From contig CBFIGT010000059.1 in NCBI GenBank assembly GCA_965662175.1, forward strand, positions 1-14,001: a stretch of DNA of 14,001 nt. Direction: 5' to 3'. How positions within the stretch are numbered: position 1 is the first letter of the stretch; each line of letters opens with the position of its first letter. The notes beneath the pieces are model-generated. The model ran no database searches, was not told where the DNA came from, and saw only the letters and a list, made by a program, of their open reading frames with translations. Source of the DNA: Arcobacter sp. (GTDB lineage Bacteria; Campylobacterota; Campylobacteria; Campylobacterales; Arcobacteraceae). Shown piece by piece: positions 1 to 8,770 of the stretch. Made by a program: the position numbers and the translations under genes.

Positions 1-935
1 AATAAACCTTTATCAACATTAAGATGAAAATCATTAATTTTAGTACTAATATAAGATGACTCTATCATCATAATATTCATTGTATGGGAAAATATTTTTA
101 AAAAAGTTGTATCTTCTTTATAGATTACAGGCATATTTGATGAGAGTTTTTCAACAGTTGCTAACTCTTTTATAATATTATTCATTCTCTCAAATGCTCT
201 AGTTAAAATCTCTTTATTTTGATCATCATCTAAGGTTTCAACTATAAACATAGCTTTTGTGATTGGTGTTTTTAATTCATGCATCATATTTCGCATAAAA
301 AGATTTTTTGATTCTGTAAGATTATTGATTTTTGTTATTGCATCATTAAAGCTATTTGCGATTTTTCCTATTTCATCATTATTTTGAAAATCAAGTTTAA
401 TAGAGGTATCACCATTAGAAAATTTTCTAATTTGCCTATCTAAATGTCTTAAAGGAATAAACTTTTTTCTAATAACAATATAAAGAACAATAAAAATAGT
501 AACAGCTAATAAATAAATAAGAATAGCAATACTTTTATTGTAAGGTTGGGGTTTTAAATCCTCAAGAAGTATGTTATAACTTAGTTTTTGCACATAAATA
601 TAAAATTTATTAAAATGTTCATAAACCCTAACTCTCTCAAAAGCAGACTCTTGAAACATAATCTCTTTTGCATTGTTTATAATTCGAAGTTTTTCTATTC
701 TATCTTCAATTGGAGTAACTTGAAATTGTTCATAAAGTTTTTCTAATTGTTCATTTTTTGGAAGTAATTCAAAACCACTTAAAAAGCCATTTGCAATAAT
801 ACTATATCGTTGTTTTCTCTCTTGAATAGATTTCTCTTTATCTAATTTTACAAAAATTAAAAAAGTAGTAGTTATCGCTCCTATGGCCAATATAAAAATT
901 ATATTTATAAAAGCAGTTATTGATATATTTCTCAT
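1..935 (-). CDS. cprS: Two-component sensor histidine kinase, CprS/ArsS-like (partial; C-terminal HATPase domain runs off the window edge)
   Basis: Manual translation from ATG at 935-933 is open to the edge. It shows TM1 (MRNISITAFINIIFILAIGAITTTFLIFV), a periplasmic region, TM2 (SIAILIYLLAVTIFIVLYIVI), a HAMP domain (PLRHLDRQIRKFSNGD...DEIGKIANSFN) and an H-box (FMRNMMHELKTPITK). There is an ATGA overlap with the regulator stop. The symbol is inferred from htrA-cprR-cprS synteny in Campylobacter jejuni. Confidence 0.9.
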   Translation of the reverse strand, partial: MRNISITAFINIIFILAIGAITTTFLIFVKLDKEKSIQERKQRYSIIANGFLSGFELLPKNEQLEKLYEQFQVTPIEDRIEKLRIINNAKEIMFQESAFERVRVYEHFNKFYIYVQKLSYNILLEDLKPQPYNKSIAILIYLLAVTIFIVLYIVIRKKFIPLRHLDRQIRKFSNGDTSIKLDFQNNDEIGKIANSFNDAITKINNLTESKNLFMRNMMHELKTPITKAMFIVETLDDDQNKEILTRAFERMNNIIKELATVEKLSSNMPVIYKEDTTFLKIFSHTMNIMMIESSYISTKINDFHLNVDKGL

Positions 936-1606
936 GTAATTAGTTGGTATCCTATTCCTCTAACAGCTTTTATGTAGGTTTTAGTATTATCAATAAGAGA
1001 TATTTTATTTCTAATTCTAGATATCATTACATCAATATTTTTTAAGCTACTATCATCTTCTATATGCAAAGAGTCATAAATAAAATCTTCCCTTGAAACA
1101 ACCCCGCCTTTTCTTTGAATTAGTAGTTTTAAAATATCAAATTCAGCCATAGTTAAATCTAAGGTAAAACCCTTAAAAAGTATTTTCATATCATTTAATC
1201 TTAAATTAAAAATAGAATCATCCTCTTTTTTGATTGGCTCTATATTTAACCTTTTTAAGATAGCCTTTATTCTAGCTTGTAGCTCTCTTGGATTATATGG
1301 TTTTGGCAAATAATCATCAGCACCTCGCTCAAGTCCCATAACTTTATCTAAAATATCATCCCTAGCACTTGAGATAATAATTGGAATATTAGATGATTTT
1401 CTAATTTTTGGAATTAACTCTAATCCATCAATTTCAGGTAACGTTAAATCCAAAATCAAAAGTTTATATTTTGAATCAGTTTGTATCATTGATAGCCCTG
1501 TATATGGGCTATCAGTTGTTGTTACTTCAATATCAAATGATTTTAAATAGTTAGATATTATTTCAGCTAACTCTAAATCATCCTCTATCATTAATACTTG
1601 TATTAT
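932..1606 (-). CDS. cprR: OmpR/PhoB-family response regulator, CprR-like; probable start is ATA at 1606 rather than ATG at 1591
   Basis: Receiver motifs IEDD, LILDLTLP (phospho-Asp), ISSAR and GADDYLPKPY, plus a winged-helix end (IDVMISRIRNKI...VRGIGY). SD AAGGA at 1617-1613 lies 6 nt before ATA, giving (M)IQVLMIEDD. An in-frame TAA at 1612-1610 blocks any further upstream start. Confidence 0.92.
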   Translation of the reverse strand: MIQVLMIEDDLELAEIISNYLKSFDIEVTTTDSPYTGLSMIQTDSKYKLLILDLTLPEIDGLELIPKIRKSSNIPIIISSARDDILDKVMGLERGADDYLPKPYNPRELQARIKAILKRLNIEPIKKEDDSIFNLRLNDMKILFKGFTLDLTMAEFDILKLLIQRKGGVVSREDFIYDSLHIEDDSSLKNIDVMISRIRNKISLIDNTKTYIKAVRGIGYQLIT

Positions 1607-1616
1607 GGCTTATCCT

Positions 1617-3059
1617 TTATTTTATAACTAATAGTATAATTTGACCCTGTCTATTTACATAAACTCTTTTATTAATACTATTATATTTTCTAATAGCTTC
1701 TTGCACATCAGGGAATTGATTAACAACAATATCCTCTATTTGAATAATAACATCACCCGCTTGAAAACCTACTTTTTCTGATTGTGATTTTGGTTTTACA
1801 TTTACAACTAAAACACCTGTAATATTTCTTGGGAGTCTATATTGTTCAATTAAGTTATTACTTAAATCACTTAATTGAAGACCACCTAGAATTCTACCAT
1901 TAGCTGATTCACTTATTATTAATCCATCTCTATTTCCTAAAACAGCATTTAGAGTAATATCTTTTCTATCTCTTTCAAGAAGAATAGTAATCTTTTCATT
2001 AGGTTTAAAACTTGCAATTGTATTTTGTAAATCTGTTCTATCTTTAATAGGCTTATTATTTATTGCAAAAATTAAATCACCTCTTTTTAGTCCATATTTA
2101 TAAGCAGGTGTATCAGTTCCAACTTCCATAATAAGTGCACCACTTTTATGTTTATAAACCTGTGCTGTATCTTTTGTTAAATCATTAATAACAACACCTA
2201 AATATCCTCTTGTAACTTTTCCCTCTTCAACAAGTTTTGTAGCAACTTCAATTACCATGTCAATAGGAATAGCAAAACCAATACCATTGTTTCCACCACT
2301 TTTAGAGATAATTGCACTATTAATTCCAATAAGTGCTCCTCTACTATCAACTAAAGCTCCCCCTGAGTTTCCAGGATTTATAGAAGCATCTGTTTGAATA
2401 AAGTTTTCATATCTATTTATTCCAACTCTATTTTTATTTAAAGCTGAAATAATACCTTGTGTTACAGTTTCACCTATACCAAATGGATTTCCAATTGCAA
2501 AAATCATATCACCAACTTTTAAATCAGATGAGTGACCTATTTTTATAGGATGTAGTTTTTTTGCATCAATTTTAATAACAGCTAAATCAGAATCAGCATC
2601 TTTTCCTATTAGTTTTGCACTATATTCAGTTGTTTCTCCTGATAGGGTAACTGTAATTTCATCTGCATTTTCTATTACATGATTATTTGTAATAATATAT
2701 CCATCTTCTGAGACAACAACACCCGAACCTAAAGCTCTTTGGATTTTGTTTTGTTTAAATTGATTTCCAAATTGATCACCAAAAAATCTTCTAAATAATG
2801 GGTCGTTAAACATCTCCATAGGAAGATTTCCAACTTGATTAGTCATATGTTTTTTAGTTGAAATATTTACAACTGAAAGCATTGCATCATTTACTGACTC
2901 ATGAAATGATAATATTTGATTATTTGAATTTGGAATAACTCTTTGTGGGTTTTTTTCAATCATATCAAAATCAATACTTTGTGCAAATAAATTTACTGAA
3001 AGCAATGATGTAATTAGTATTAGTTTTTTGTTAAATGAGAATATAGTTTTTATTTTCAT
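1617..3059 (-). CDS. htrA: Periplasmic serine protease/chaperone HtrA (DegP/DegQ family) with two PDZ domains
   Basis: Signal peptide ending LFA. Catalytic triad motifs TNNHV, DSDLAV and QTDASINPGNSGGAL. PDZ1 begins RGYLGV and a second PDZ follows (GFQAGDVI). SD AAGGA is 5 nt upstream of the ATG. Confidence 0.97.
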   Translation of the reverse strand: MKIKTIFSFNKKLILITSLLSVNLFAQSIDFDMIEKNPQRVIPNSNNQILSFHESVNDAMLSVVNISTKKHMTNQVGNLPMEMFNDPLFRRFFGDQFGNQFKQNKIQRALGSGVVVSEDGYIITNNHVIENADEITVTLSGETTEYSAKLIGKDADSDLAVIKIDAKKLHPIKIGHSSDLKVGDMIFAIGNPFGIGETVTQGIISALNKNRVGINRYENFIQTDASINPGNSGGALVDSRGALIGINSAIISKSGGNNGIGFAIPIDMVIEVATKLVEEGKVTRGYLGVVINDLTKDTAQVYKHKSGALIMEVGTDTPAYKYGLKRGDLIFAINNKPIKDRTDLQNTIASFKPNEKITILLERDRKDITLNAVLGNRDGLIISESANGRILGGLQLSDLSNNLIEQYRLPRNITGVLVVNVKPKSQSEKVGFQAGDVIIQIEDIVVNQFPDVQEAIRKYNSINKRVYVNRQGQIILLVIK

Positions 3060-3089
3060 ATCAATCCTTTTAAATTAATTTATTTTAGA

Positions 3090-3144
3090 ATTATATATGT
3101 TGCTTGTAAATGAAAGGTTAATAAATTCGTTAATGTTTGTTAAC
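3090..3144 (-). promoter_or_regulatory. Putative htrA operon promoter: -10 box with upstream phased direct repeats
   Basis: TATAAT on the minus strand at 3095-3090. Plus-strand hexamers GTAAAT (3106), GTTAAT (3117), GTTAAT (3129) and GTTAAC (3139) are spaced 11, 12 and 10 nt. Confidence 0.55.
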
Positions 3145-3167
3145 AAATTGTGGGAAACCCACAATTT
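3145..3167 (-). terminator. Hairpin immediately after ilvD; likely intrinsic terminator
   Basis: Perfect inverted repeat AAATTGTGGG-AAA-CCCACAATTT starting 1 nt after the ilvD stop. The U-tract on the minus strand is short (TTTGTT). Confidence 0.65.
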
Positions 3168-3168
3168 A

Positions 3169-4857
3169 TTATAAATCTGTTTTTAAAACAGCACCATTAC
3201 TTGCATTAGTAACTAAGGCTCTATATTGACCTAACCATTTTGATTTTAAAGGTTTTTTAAGTGGTGTAAATTCAGCTTTTCTTTTAGCTATCTCTTCATC
3301 ACTTAAATTTACAGATAGAATATACTCATCAACATCAATATGAATCTCATCACCATCTTTAAGTAATCCAATCATACCACCCTCAGCAGCCTCAGGACTA
3401 ACATGACCAATTGAAGCACCTCTTGTAGCACCAGAAAATCTTCCATCAGTAATTAAAGCAACTTTATCTCCAAGTCCCATACCCATGATTAATGAAGTAG
3501 GAGCTAGCATCTCTTGCATACCAGGACCACCTTTAGGACCCTCATATCTAATAACTACCACATCACCTGCTTTTACTTTTCCACCTAAAATTCCAGCTAT
3601 GGCTTCAGGTTGACCATCAAAACAAACAGCTTTTCCTGTAAGTTTTCTAGCTCCTGTAATACCAGCTGTTTTAATAACAGCACCCTCAGTAGCTAAGTTT
3701 CCATATAAAATAGCTAATCCACCAACTTTTGAGTATGGATTATCAATAGTATGAATAATGTTTGTATCTTTAATATATGCATCTTTGATCTTTTCATATA
3801 GTGTTTCACCAGAGATTGTAAGGTTTTCTAATAAAATATCATCACCTCTTTTTGTCATCTCTTTCATAACAGCATTTACACCACCTGCTTTATTTATATC
3901 TTCCATATGAACAGTAGATAATGATGGAGAAATTTTAGCAATATGAGAAACTCTTTTAGAGATTTTATTAATATCTTCAAGATTAAAGTTTACATTTGCT
4001 TCTTTTGCTATTGCTAACATATGTAATACTGTATTTGAACTTCCACCCATAGCCATATCAACAGCAAATGCATTTCTAACTGCATTTTCATTTAAGATAT
4101 TAGATAGTTTAAACTTTTCTCTTGCTTGGTTATCTTTTGCAATATCACAAATTCTTCTAGCTGCTTTTCTATATAACTCTTCTCTTTGGGGTGTTAAAGC
4201 TAAGATAGTTCCATTTCCAGGAAGTGCAATACCCATAGCTTCCATAAGTGTATTCATAGAGTTTGCTGTAAACATACCAGAACAGCTTCCACCACTTGGA
4301 CATGCATTACACTCAATATCTGTAAGCTCTTCTTCTGTAATATCACCTTTTTCAAATTTACCAACAGCTTCAAATGCAGTTGCTAAATCAATAGGAGTTC
4401 CATCTTTAGTATAACCTTTTTGCATAGGTCCACCACTTACAAAGATTGTAGGAACATCAACTCTAATAGCACCCATAATCATACCAGGTACAATTTTATC
4501 ACAATTTGGAATTGCAATCATTGCATCTAGTTTATGAGCATTCATAACTGTCTCAATTGAACTAGCAATTAGTTCTCTTGATGGAAGTGAAAATAACATA
4601 CCATCATGACCCATTGCAATTCCATCATCAACACCAATTGTATTGAATTCAAAAGGAACACAACCATTAGCTTTTATCTCATCTTTAATAATAGCACCAA
4701 CTTTATTTAAAAAGAAGTGTCCTGGAATAATTTCTATAAAAGAGTTAGCAACTCCAATAAATGGTTTACCAAAATCATCATCTTTTAGTCCTGTTGCCCT
4801 AAATAGCGACCTATGAGGGGCTCTGTCATAGCCTTTTTTTACTTCATCACTTCTCAT
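3169..4857 (-). CDS. ilvD: Dihydroxy-acid dehydratase
   Basis: Motifs [60 protein letters not shown] and [11 protein letters not shown]. Length 562 aa, with SD AAGGA. Confidence 0.98.
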   Translation of the reverse strand: MRSDEVKKGYDRAPHRSLFRATGLKDDDFGKPFIGVANSFIEIIPGHFFLNKVGAIIKDEIKANGCVPFEFNTIGVDDGIAMGHDGMLFSLPSRELIASSIETVMNAHKLDAMIAIPNCDKIVPGMIMGAIRVDVPTIFVSGGPMQKGYTKDGTPIDLATAFEAVGKFEKGDITEEELTDIECNACPSGGSCSGMFTANSMNTLMEAMGIALPGNGTILALTPQREELYRKAARRICDIAKDNQAREKFKLSNILNENAVRNAFAVDMAMGGSSNTVLHMLAIAKEANVNFNLEDINKISKRVSHIAKISPSLSTVHMEDINKAGGVNAVMKEMTKRGDDILLENLTISGETLYEKIKDAYIKDTNIIHTIDNPYSKVGGLAILYGNLATEGAVIKTAGITGARKLTGKAVCFDGQPEAIAGILGGKVKAGDVVVIRYEGPKGGPGMQEMLAPTSLIMGMGLGDKVALITDGRFSGATRGASIGHVSPEAAEGGMIGLLKDGDEIHIDVDEYILSVNLSDEEIAKRKAEFTPLKKPLKSKWLGQYRALVTNASNGAVLKTDL

Positions 4858-4887
4858 ATGAATCCTTTTATTTTTTTAATTTTAAAG

Positions 4888-4896
4888 ATTATATCA
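4888..4896 (-). promoter_or_regulatory. Extended -10 promoter for ilvD
   Basis: TGATATAAT (TGnTATAAT) on the minus strand, about 30 nt upstream of the ilvD ATG. Confidence 0.7.
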
Positions 4897-4924
4897 AAAA
4901 TTTTAAAAATTTTTATTAAAACCC

Positions 4925-4953
4925 TTGACAAAGATATTTTTTTTTAATATAAT
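4925..4953 (+). promoter_or_regulatory. Consensus sigma70 promoter of the tRNA operon
   Basis: TTGACA (4925-4930), 17-nt spacer, TATAAT (4948-4953). A/T tracts upstream resemble an UP element, and the discriminator TCCAGTCC is relatively GC-rich. Confidence 0.9.
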
Positions 4954-4998
4954 TCCAGTCCATTTTAAGAAGATACATTCTTAAAACTACCAAATAGT

Positions 4999-5085
4999 GC
5001 GAGTGTGGCGGAATAGGTAGACGCGTGGGACTTAAAATCCCATTCCGGTTTCGGAGTGTGAGTTCGATTCTCACCATTCGCACCA
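4999..5085 (+). tRNA. tRNA-Leu (anticodon TAA)
   Basis: Acceptor stem GCGAGTG/CATTCGC, anticodon arm TGGGA-CTTAAAA-TCCCA, long variable arm, T-loop TTCGATT, discriminator A and encoded CCA. Confidence 0.97.
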
Positions 5086-5100
5086 CTATTATTTTTATGT

Positions 5101-5189
5101 AGAGAGTTGCCAGAGTTGGTCGAATGGACCGGTTTTGAAAACCGGCGAGGTTCACGCCTCCGAGGGTTCGAATCCCTTGCTCTCTGCCA
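5101..5189 (+). tRNA. tRNA-Ser (anticodon TGA)
   Basis: Acceptor stem AGAGAGT/GCTCTCT, anticodon arm CCGGT-TTTGAAA-ACCGG, long variable arm, T-loop TTCGAAT, discriminator G and CCA. Confidence 0.97.
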
Positions 5190-5242
5190 CTTTTAAACAA
5201 TCATTTTATCTTAATAGTTGTTAAAATGGTTTTTTACCCGTT

Positions 5243-5318
5243 GGAGGTATAGCAAAGTTGGTAATGCCGTGGATTGCAAATCCACCATGCGTCGGTTCGA
5301 GTCCGGCTACCTCCTCCA
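5243..5318 (+). tRNA. tRNA-Cys (anticodon GCA)
   Basis: Acceptor stem GGAGGTA/TACCTCC, anticodon arm GTGGA-TTGCAAA-TCCAC, T-loop TTCGAGT, discriminator T (the U73 Cys identity element) and CCA. Confidence 0.97.
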
Positions 5319-5457
5319 AATTTTTTTATAATCAATCACTTTAAAAATTTAGATTTTTTTTGTATTTTTGTCATTAATTTGACTTGAGTTTTCATTCTAA
5401 AATATGCATTTTTATTTGAATTTAGATTATATAGCATATTAAGAAAAAGGAAATGCA

Positions 5458-5676
5458 ATGGCAGATTTAGTAAATGGAACAGTAAAATGGTTCAACAGCG
5501 AAAAAGGTTTTGGTTTTATTCAACAAGATAATGGTGGAAAAGATGTATTCGTACACTATAGACAAATCAATAGTACAGGATATGGAAGAGTTTCATTAGA
5601 TGAAGGTCAAAAAGTAACTTTTGAAATTGCTCAAGGTGAAAAAGGTCCTCAAGCTGAAAATGTAACTGCTTTATAA
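5458..5676 (+). CDS. cspA: Cold-shock domain protein (CspA family RNA chaperone)
   Basis: GTVKWFN, RNP1 KGFGFI, RNP2 VFVHY and KGPQAENV in a 72-aa protein. SD AAGGA is 6 nt upstream. The exact paralog name is uncertain. Confidence 0.96.
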   Translation: MADLVNGTVKWFNSEKGFGFIQQDNGGKDVFVHYRQINSTGYGRVSLDEGQKVTFEIAQGEKGPQAENVTAL

Positions 5677-5696
5677 TAAAGACTTACATATAAAAG

Positions 5697-5729
5697 AAAA
5701 GGAGATAGTTTTTCTATCTCCTTTTTTTT
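5697..5729 (+). terminator. Rho-independent terminator after csp (possibly bidirectional)
   Basis: AAAA-GGAGATAG-TTTTT-CTATCTCC-TTTTTTTT: an 8-bp stem followed by 8 T, with an A-run on the 5' side. Confidence 0.9.
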
Positions 5730-5745
5730 ACTTTAATTTTTTAAT

Positions 5746-5834
5746 AGACAATTGGGAGAGCTGGTTTAATCCACTACCTTGGAAGGGTAGCGTAGAGTAA
5801 TCTACCGTCGGTTCGAATCCGACATTGTCTGCCA
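5746..5834 (+). tRNA. tRNA-Ser (anticodon GGA)
   Basis: Acceptor stem AGACAAT/ATTGTCT, anticodon arm CTACC-TTGGAAG-GGTAG, variable arm GTAGA-GTAA-TCTAC, T-arm GTCGG-TTCGAAT-CCGAC, discriminator G and CCA. Confidence 0.96.
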
Positions 5835-5955
5835 CTACTTTTAACTAAAATTTTTTTATTTTCTTAAAATCTTTTAATAATCTTCAATAGTTTATATTAT
5901 TAAATATATATTTATTATTTTATCCTATTATTTCATTAAAAAGAATTGAATAAAT

Positions 5956-7641
5956 ATGAAAGATTTAAATATTAATAAAAATGCAAAAATAAACTCCCTT
6001 GAAGAGTTAGCTAAATTAGCTGATTACTCTTTACTTGATACACTTGTTTGTGACCCTGATGCTTCTGTTGATGGAAAAAACCATTATCCAAGAGAAGTTT
6101 TCAATGGACATTATGTTCCTGTAACTCCAACTCCTATCAAAAATCCAATATATATAATACATAGTAAAACTTTTTTTGAAGAATTAGGGCTAGATGACTC
6201 TTTAGCACAAAATGAAGAGTTTATAAAAATGTTTAGTGGCGATATTTCAAATATTCCAAAACCACTACGAAATATCGGTTGGGCTTGTGGTTATGCTCTT
6301 TCAATTTATGGTAGGGAATATTATGCACAATGTCCATTTCAAACGGGAAATGGCTACGGTGATGGAAGAGCCATATCTATTCTTGAGGCTGTAATAAAAG
6401 ATAAGCGTTGGGAAATGCAACTAAAAGGAGGTGGTAGAACACCATATTGTAGAGGTGCAGATGGAAGAGCTGTTTTAAGATCTAGCATAAGAGAGTTTTT
6501 AGCACAAGAACATATGCATGCATTAAATATTCCAACAAGTAGGTCTTTAAGTTTATATACTTCAAATGAAGAAACAGTAAATAGACCTTGGTTTACACAA
6601 GGTTCATACTCAAGAGATCCAGAACTTATGATAAGAGAAAATGTTGCCATTACAACAAGAGTTGCTCCATCATTTTTAAGAGTTGGGCAGTTAGAACTTT
6701 TTGGAAGACGAGAAAGAAAAAATGAACACGCAAAAGCAAAAGAAGAGTTAGAACAAATTGTATTGCATGCAATAAATAGAGAGTATGGTGATGAGATTGA
6801 TAAAAACTTAGCACTAGAAGAAAAAATAGTTCTTTTTGCCATGAAGTTTCGTGAAAGACTTACATCATTAGTTGCAAACTGGATTAGAGTTGGATTTTGT
6901 CAAGGAAATTTTAATAGTGATAATACAGCTGTTGGAGGTTTTACTTTAGATTATGGTCCATTTGGATTTATAGATATGTTTGATCCAAAATATCAGCCAT
7001 GGACAGGCGGTGGAATGCATTTTTCATTTTTTAATCAAGTTGAAGCTGCTAGAAAAAACTTTAATATGTTTTGTAGCTCATTAATCTCATTAGTTGAATC
7101 AAAGCCAGATGCTTTAGAAAATTTAAGTGGTATTAGAAGTGGTTTTGCAAAAGTTATGAAAGAAAAGATGGAAAATATGTGGGCTTTAAAACTAGGATTA
7201 AAAAAATATGATGAGGATTTATTTAATGAATTAATCTCTTTGATGATAGAAAGTTCTGTTGACTATACAATATTTTTCCGTGAATTATCACAAATACCTG
7301 AGGATATTTCAAGTTTAGAAAAAAGCTTTTACAAGAAATTAGAAAATGAAAATATCAAAAAAAGATGGTCAAAGTGGCTTGATATTTGGAAAAGCAATCT
7401 TAGTGCAACATCTAAAGAGTTAAAAGCAATCAATCCAAAATATACCCTAAGAGAGTGGTTTTTAGTAGAAGCTTATGAAAAAGCAGAAGATGGAGATTAT
7501 AGTTTAATATATACATTACAAGAAGTTATGACAAATCCTTATGATGAACAATCAAAAGAAATTGAAGAAAAATTTTATGTGAAAAAACCCTTAGAGTTTT
7601 TTGAGATAGCAGGAATTTCTCATATTAGCTGTTCTTCTTAA
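5956..7641 (+). CDS. selO: Protein adenylyltransferase of the SelO/YdiU family (pseudokinase AMPylase)
   Basis: Motifs [61 protein letters not shown] and NPKY, with a C-terminal SCSS. Confidence 0.93.
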   Translation: MKDLNINKNAKINSLEELAKLADYSLLDTLVCDPDASVDGKNHYPREVFNGHYVPVTPTPIKNPIYIIHSKTFFEELGLDDSLAQNEEFIKMFSGDISNIPKPLRNIGWACGYALSIYGREYYAQCPFQTGNGYGDGRAISILEAVIKDKRWEMQLKGGGRTPYCRGADGRAVLRSSIREFLAQEHMHALNIPTSRSLSLYTSNEETVNRPWFTQGSYSRDPELMIRENVAITTRVAPSFLRVGQLELFGRRERKNEHAKAKEELEQIVLHAINREYGDEIDKNLALEEKIVLFAMKFRERLTSLVANWIRVGFCQGNFNSDNTAVGGFTLDYGPFGFIDMFDPKYQPWTGGGMHFSFFNQVEAARKNFNMFCSSLISLVESKPDALENLSGIRSGFAKVMKEKMENMWALKLGLKKYDEDLFNELISLMIESSVDYTIFFRELSQIPEDISSLEKSFYKKLENENIKKRWSKWLDIWKSNLSATSKELKAINPKYTLREWFLVEAYEKAEDGDYSLIYTLQEVMTNPYDEQSKEIEEKFYVKKPLEFFEIAGISHISCSS

Positions 7642-7657
7642 ATTCTTTAGTGATTAG

Positions 7658-7698
7658 TGCTATATTGCTCTTTTTTTTCATATGTTATTAAGTATAAT
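7658..7698 (+). promoter_or_regulatory. Candidate -10 elements for the AI-2E family gene
   Basis: TGCTATATT (7658-7666, extended -10-like) and TATAAT (7693-7698). An AAGG SD lies before the ATG at 7742. Confidence 0.45.
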
Positions 7699-7741
7699 TG
7701 CCAAGTTTATTTAATTAATATAGCTCAATAAAAGGTTTAAA

Positions 7742-8770
7742 ATGAACGAAAATACAAATCTTCAATACTATTTTTTCTATTTCGCTTCTTTTGTAGTTGT
7801 GATGGCTGGTTTTAAAGCAGCAAGTGAGATTGTTATTATTTTATTATTAGCAATATTTATTTCTTCCATATTATCAACTTTTGTTAATTTTTTACAAAAT
7901 AAACATATTCCAAAAATAATTTCTTACTTTATTGTACTGTTGACTATTTTTTCAATTACTTTTTTATTAATTTATATGGTAAATAAATCTTTGGCAAACT
8001 TTTCATTAAATCTTCCCGAATATGAACAAAAAATAAAAACATTAGCTATAAAAGGTGTTGAATTTGCTCATAATTATGGCTTTGTTATAAATAAAGAAGA
8101 ATTATTAAAACTATTAAATTTTAACTCAGTTTTTAAATTTACTACAGATATAATTGGAAATATCGGAGTGGTTTTTTCAAAGGTAATGTTAGTTTTTATT
8201 GGAGTTGCTTTTATACTTTCTGAATCTAAAATTTTTGAAAAAAAATTAAAAATAATTTTAAAAGATGATAAAGAAAAATTAAAAAACTTTCATCTTTTTT
8301 CAAGTAATTTACAAAAATATTTTACAGTAAAAACATTTACTAGTTTTTTAACTGGTTTTTTTATTTTCTTTGCTTTAATAATATTTGAAATTGATTATCC
8401 AATTATTTGGGCTGTTATTGGCTTCTTATTTAATTTTATTCCTGTTATTGGCTCAATAGTAGCTGCTGTTCCAGCTGTTTTATTAGCTCTAATTTCAGGA
8501 AATTTTGAAGCTACAATTTGGCTTATTTTAGTCTATATGGTAATAAATATTTCAGTAAGTAATATAATTGAACCTAAATTAATGGGAAAAGAGTTAGGCC
8601 TTTCTCCAATGATAATATTTTTCTCTTTAATCTTTTGGGGATGGATTTTAGGTATTGTAGGAATGTTTCTTGCCGTTCCAATTACAATGACACTAAAAAT
8701 TGCCTTTGAGTCAACTCAAAGTTCAAGATGGATTGGAATTTTTATGTCTAGTTTGGGAAATAAAAAATAG
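7742..8770 (+). CDS. AI-2E family (PerM/TqsA/YhhT-like) inner-membrane transporter
   Basis: 342-aa polytopic membrane protein with family motifs FNFIPVIGSIVAAVP, NIIEPKLMGKELGLSP and FWGWILGIVGMFLAVP. Confidence 0.92.
   Translation: MNENTNLQYYFFYFASFVVVMAGFKAASEIVIILLLAIFISSILSTFVNFLQNKHIPKIISYFIVLLTIFSITFLLIYMVNKSLANFSLNLPEYEQKIKTLAIKGVEFAHNYGFVINKEELLKLLNFNSVFKFTTDIIGNIGVVFSKVMLVFIGVAFILSESKIFEKKLKIILKDDKEKLKNFHLFSSNLQKYFTVKTFTSFLTGFFIFFALIIFEIDYPIIWAVIGFLFNFIPVIGSIVAAVPAVLLALISGNFEATIWLILVYMVINISVSNIIEPKLMGKELGLSPMIIFFSLIFWGWILGIVGMFLAVPITMTLKIAFESTQSSRWIGIFMSSLGNKK

Noticed and set aside
4916..5200. 94-aa minus-strand ORF from the track
   Set aside because: It is antisense to tRNA-Leu, tRNA-Ser and their promoter, a typical tRNA shadow ORF with no recognisable protein motif.
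5327..5440. Dedicated csp promoter (TATAAT at 5327-5332, TTGACT at 5379-5384, TAAAAT at 5398-5403)
   Set aside because: No -35/-10 pair has proper spacing, so none was called as a feature.
6354..6842. 162-aa minus-strand ORF
   Set aside because: It lies wholly antisense within selO, has the Ser/Phe-rich composition of a shadow frame and contains no recognisable domain.
5101..7641. Selenocysteine system (tRNA-Sec plus selenoprotein SelO)
   Set aside because: The anticodons are TGA and GGA (Ser), not TCA, and the acceptor stems are 7 bp. selO ends TGT TCT TCT TAA with Cys and has no in-frame TGA.
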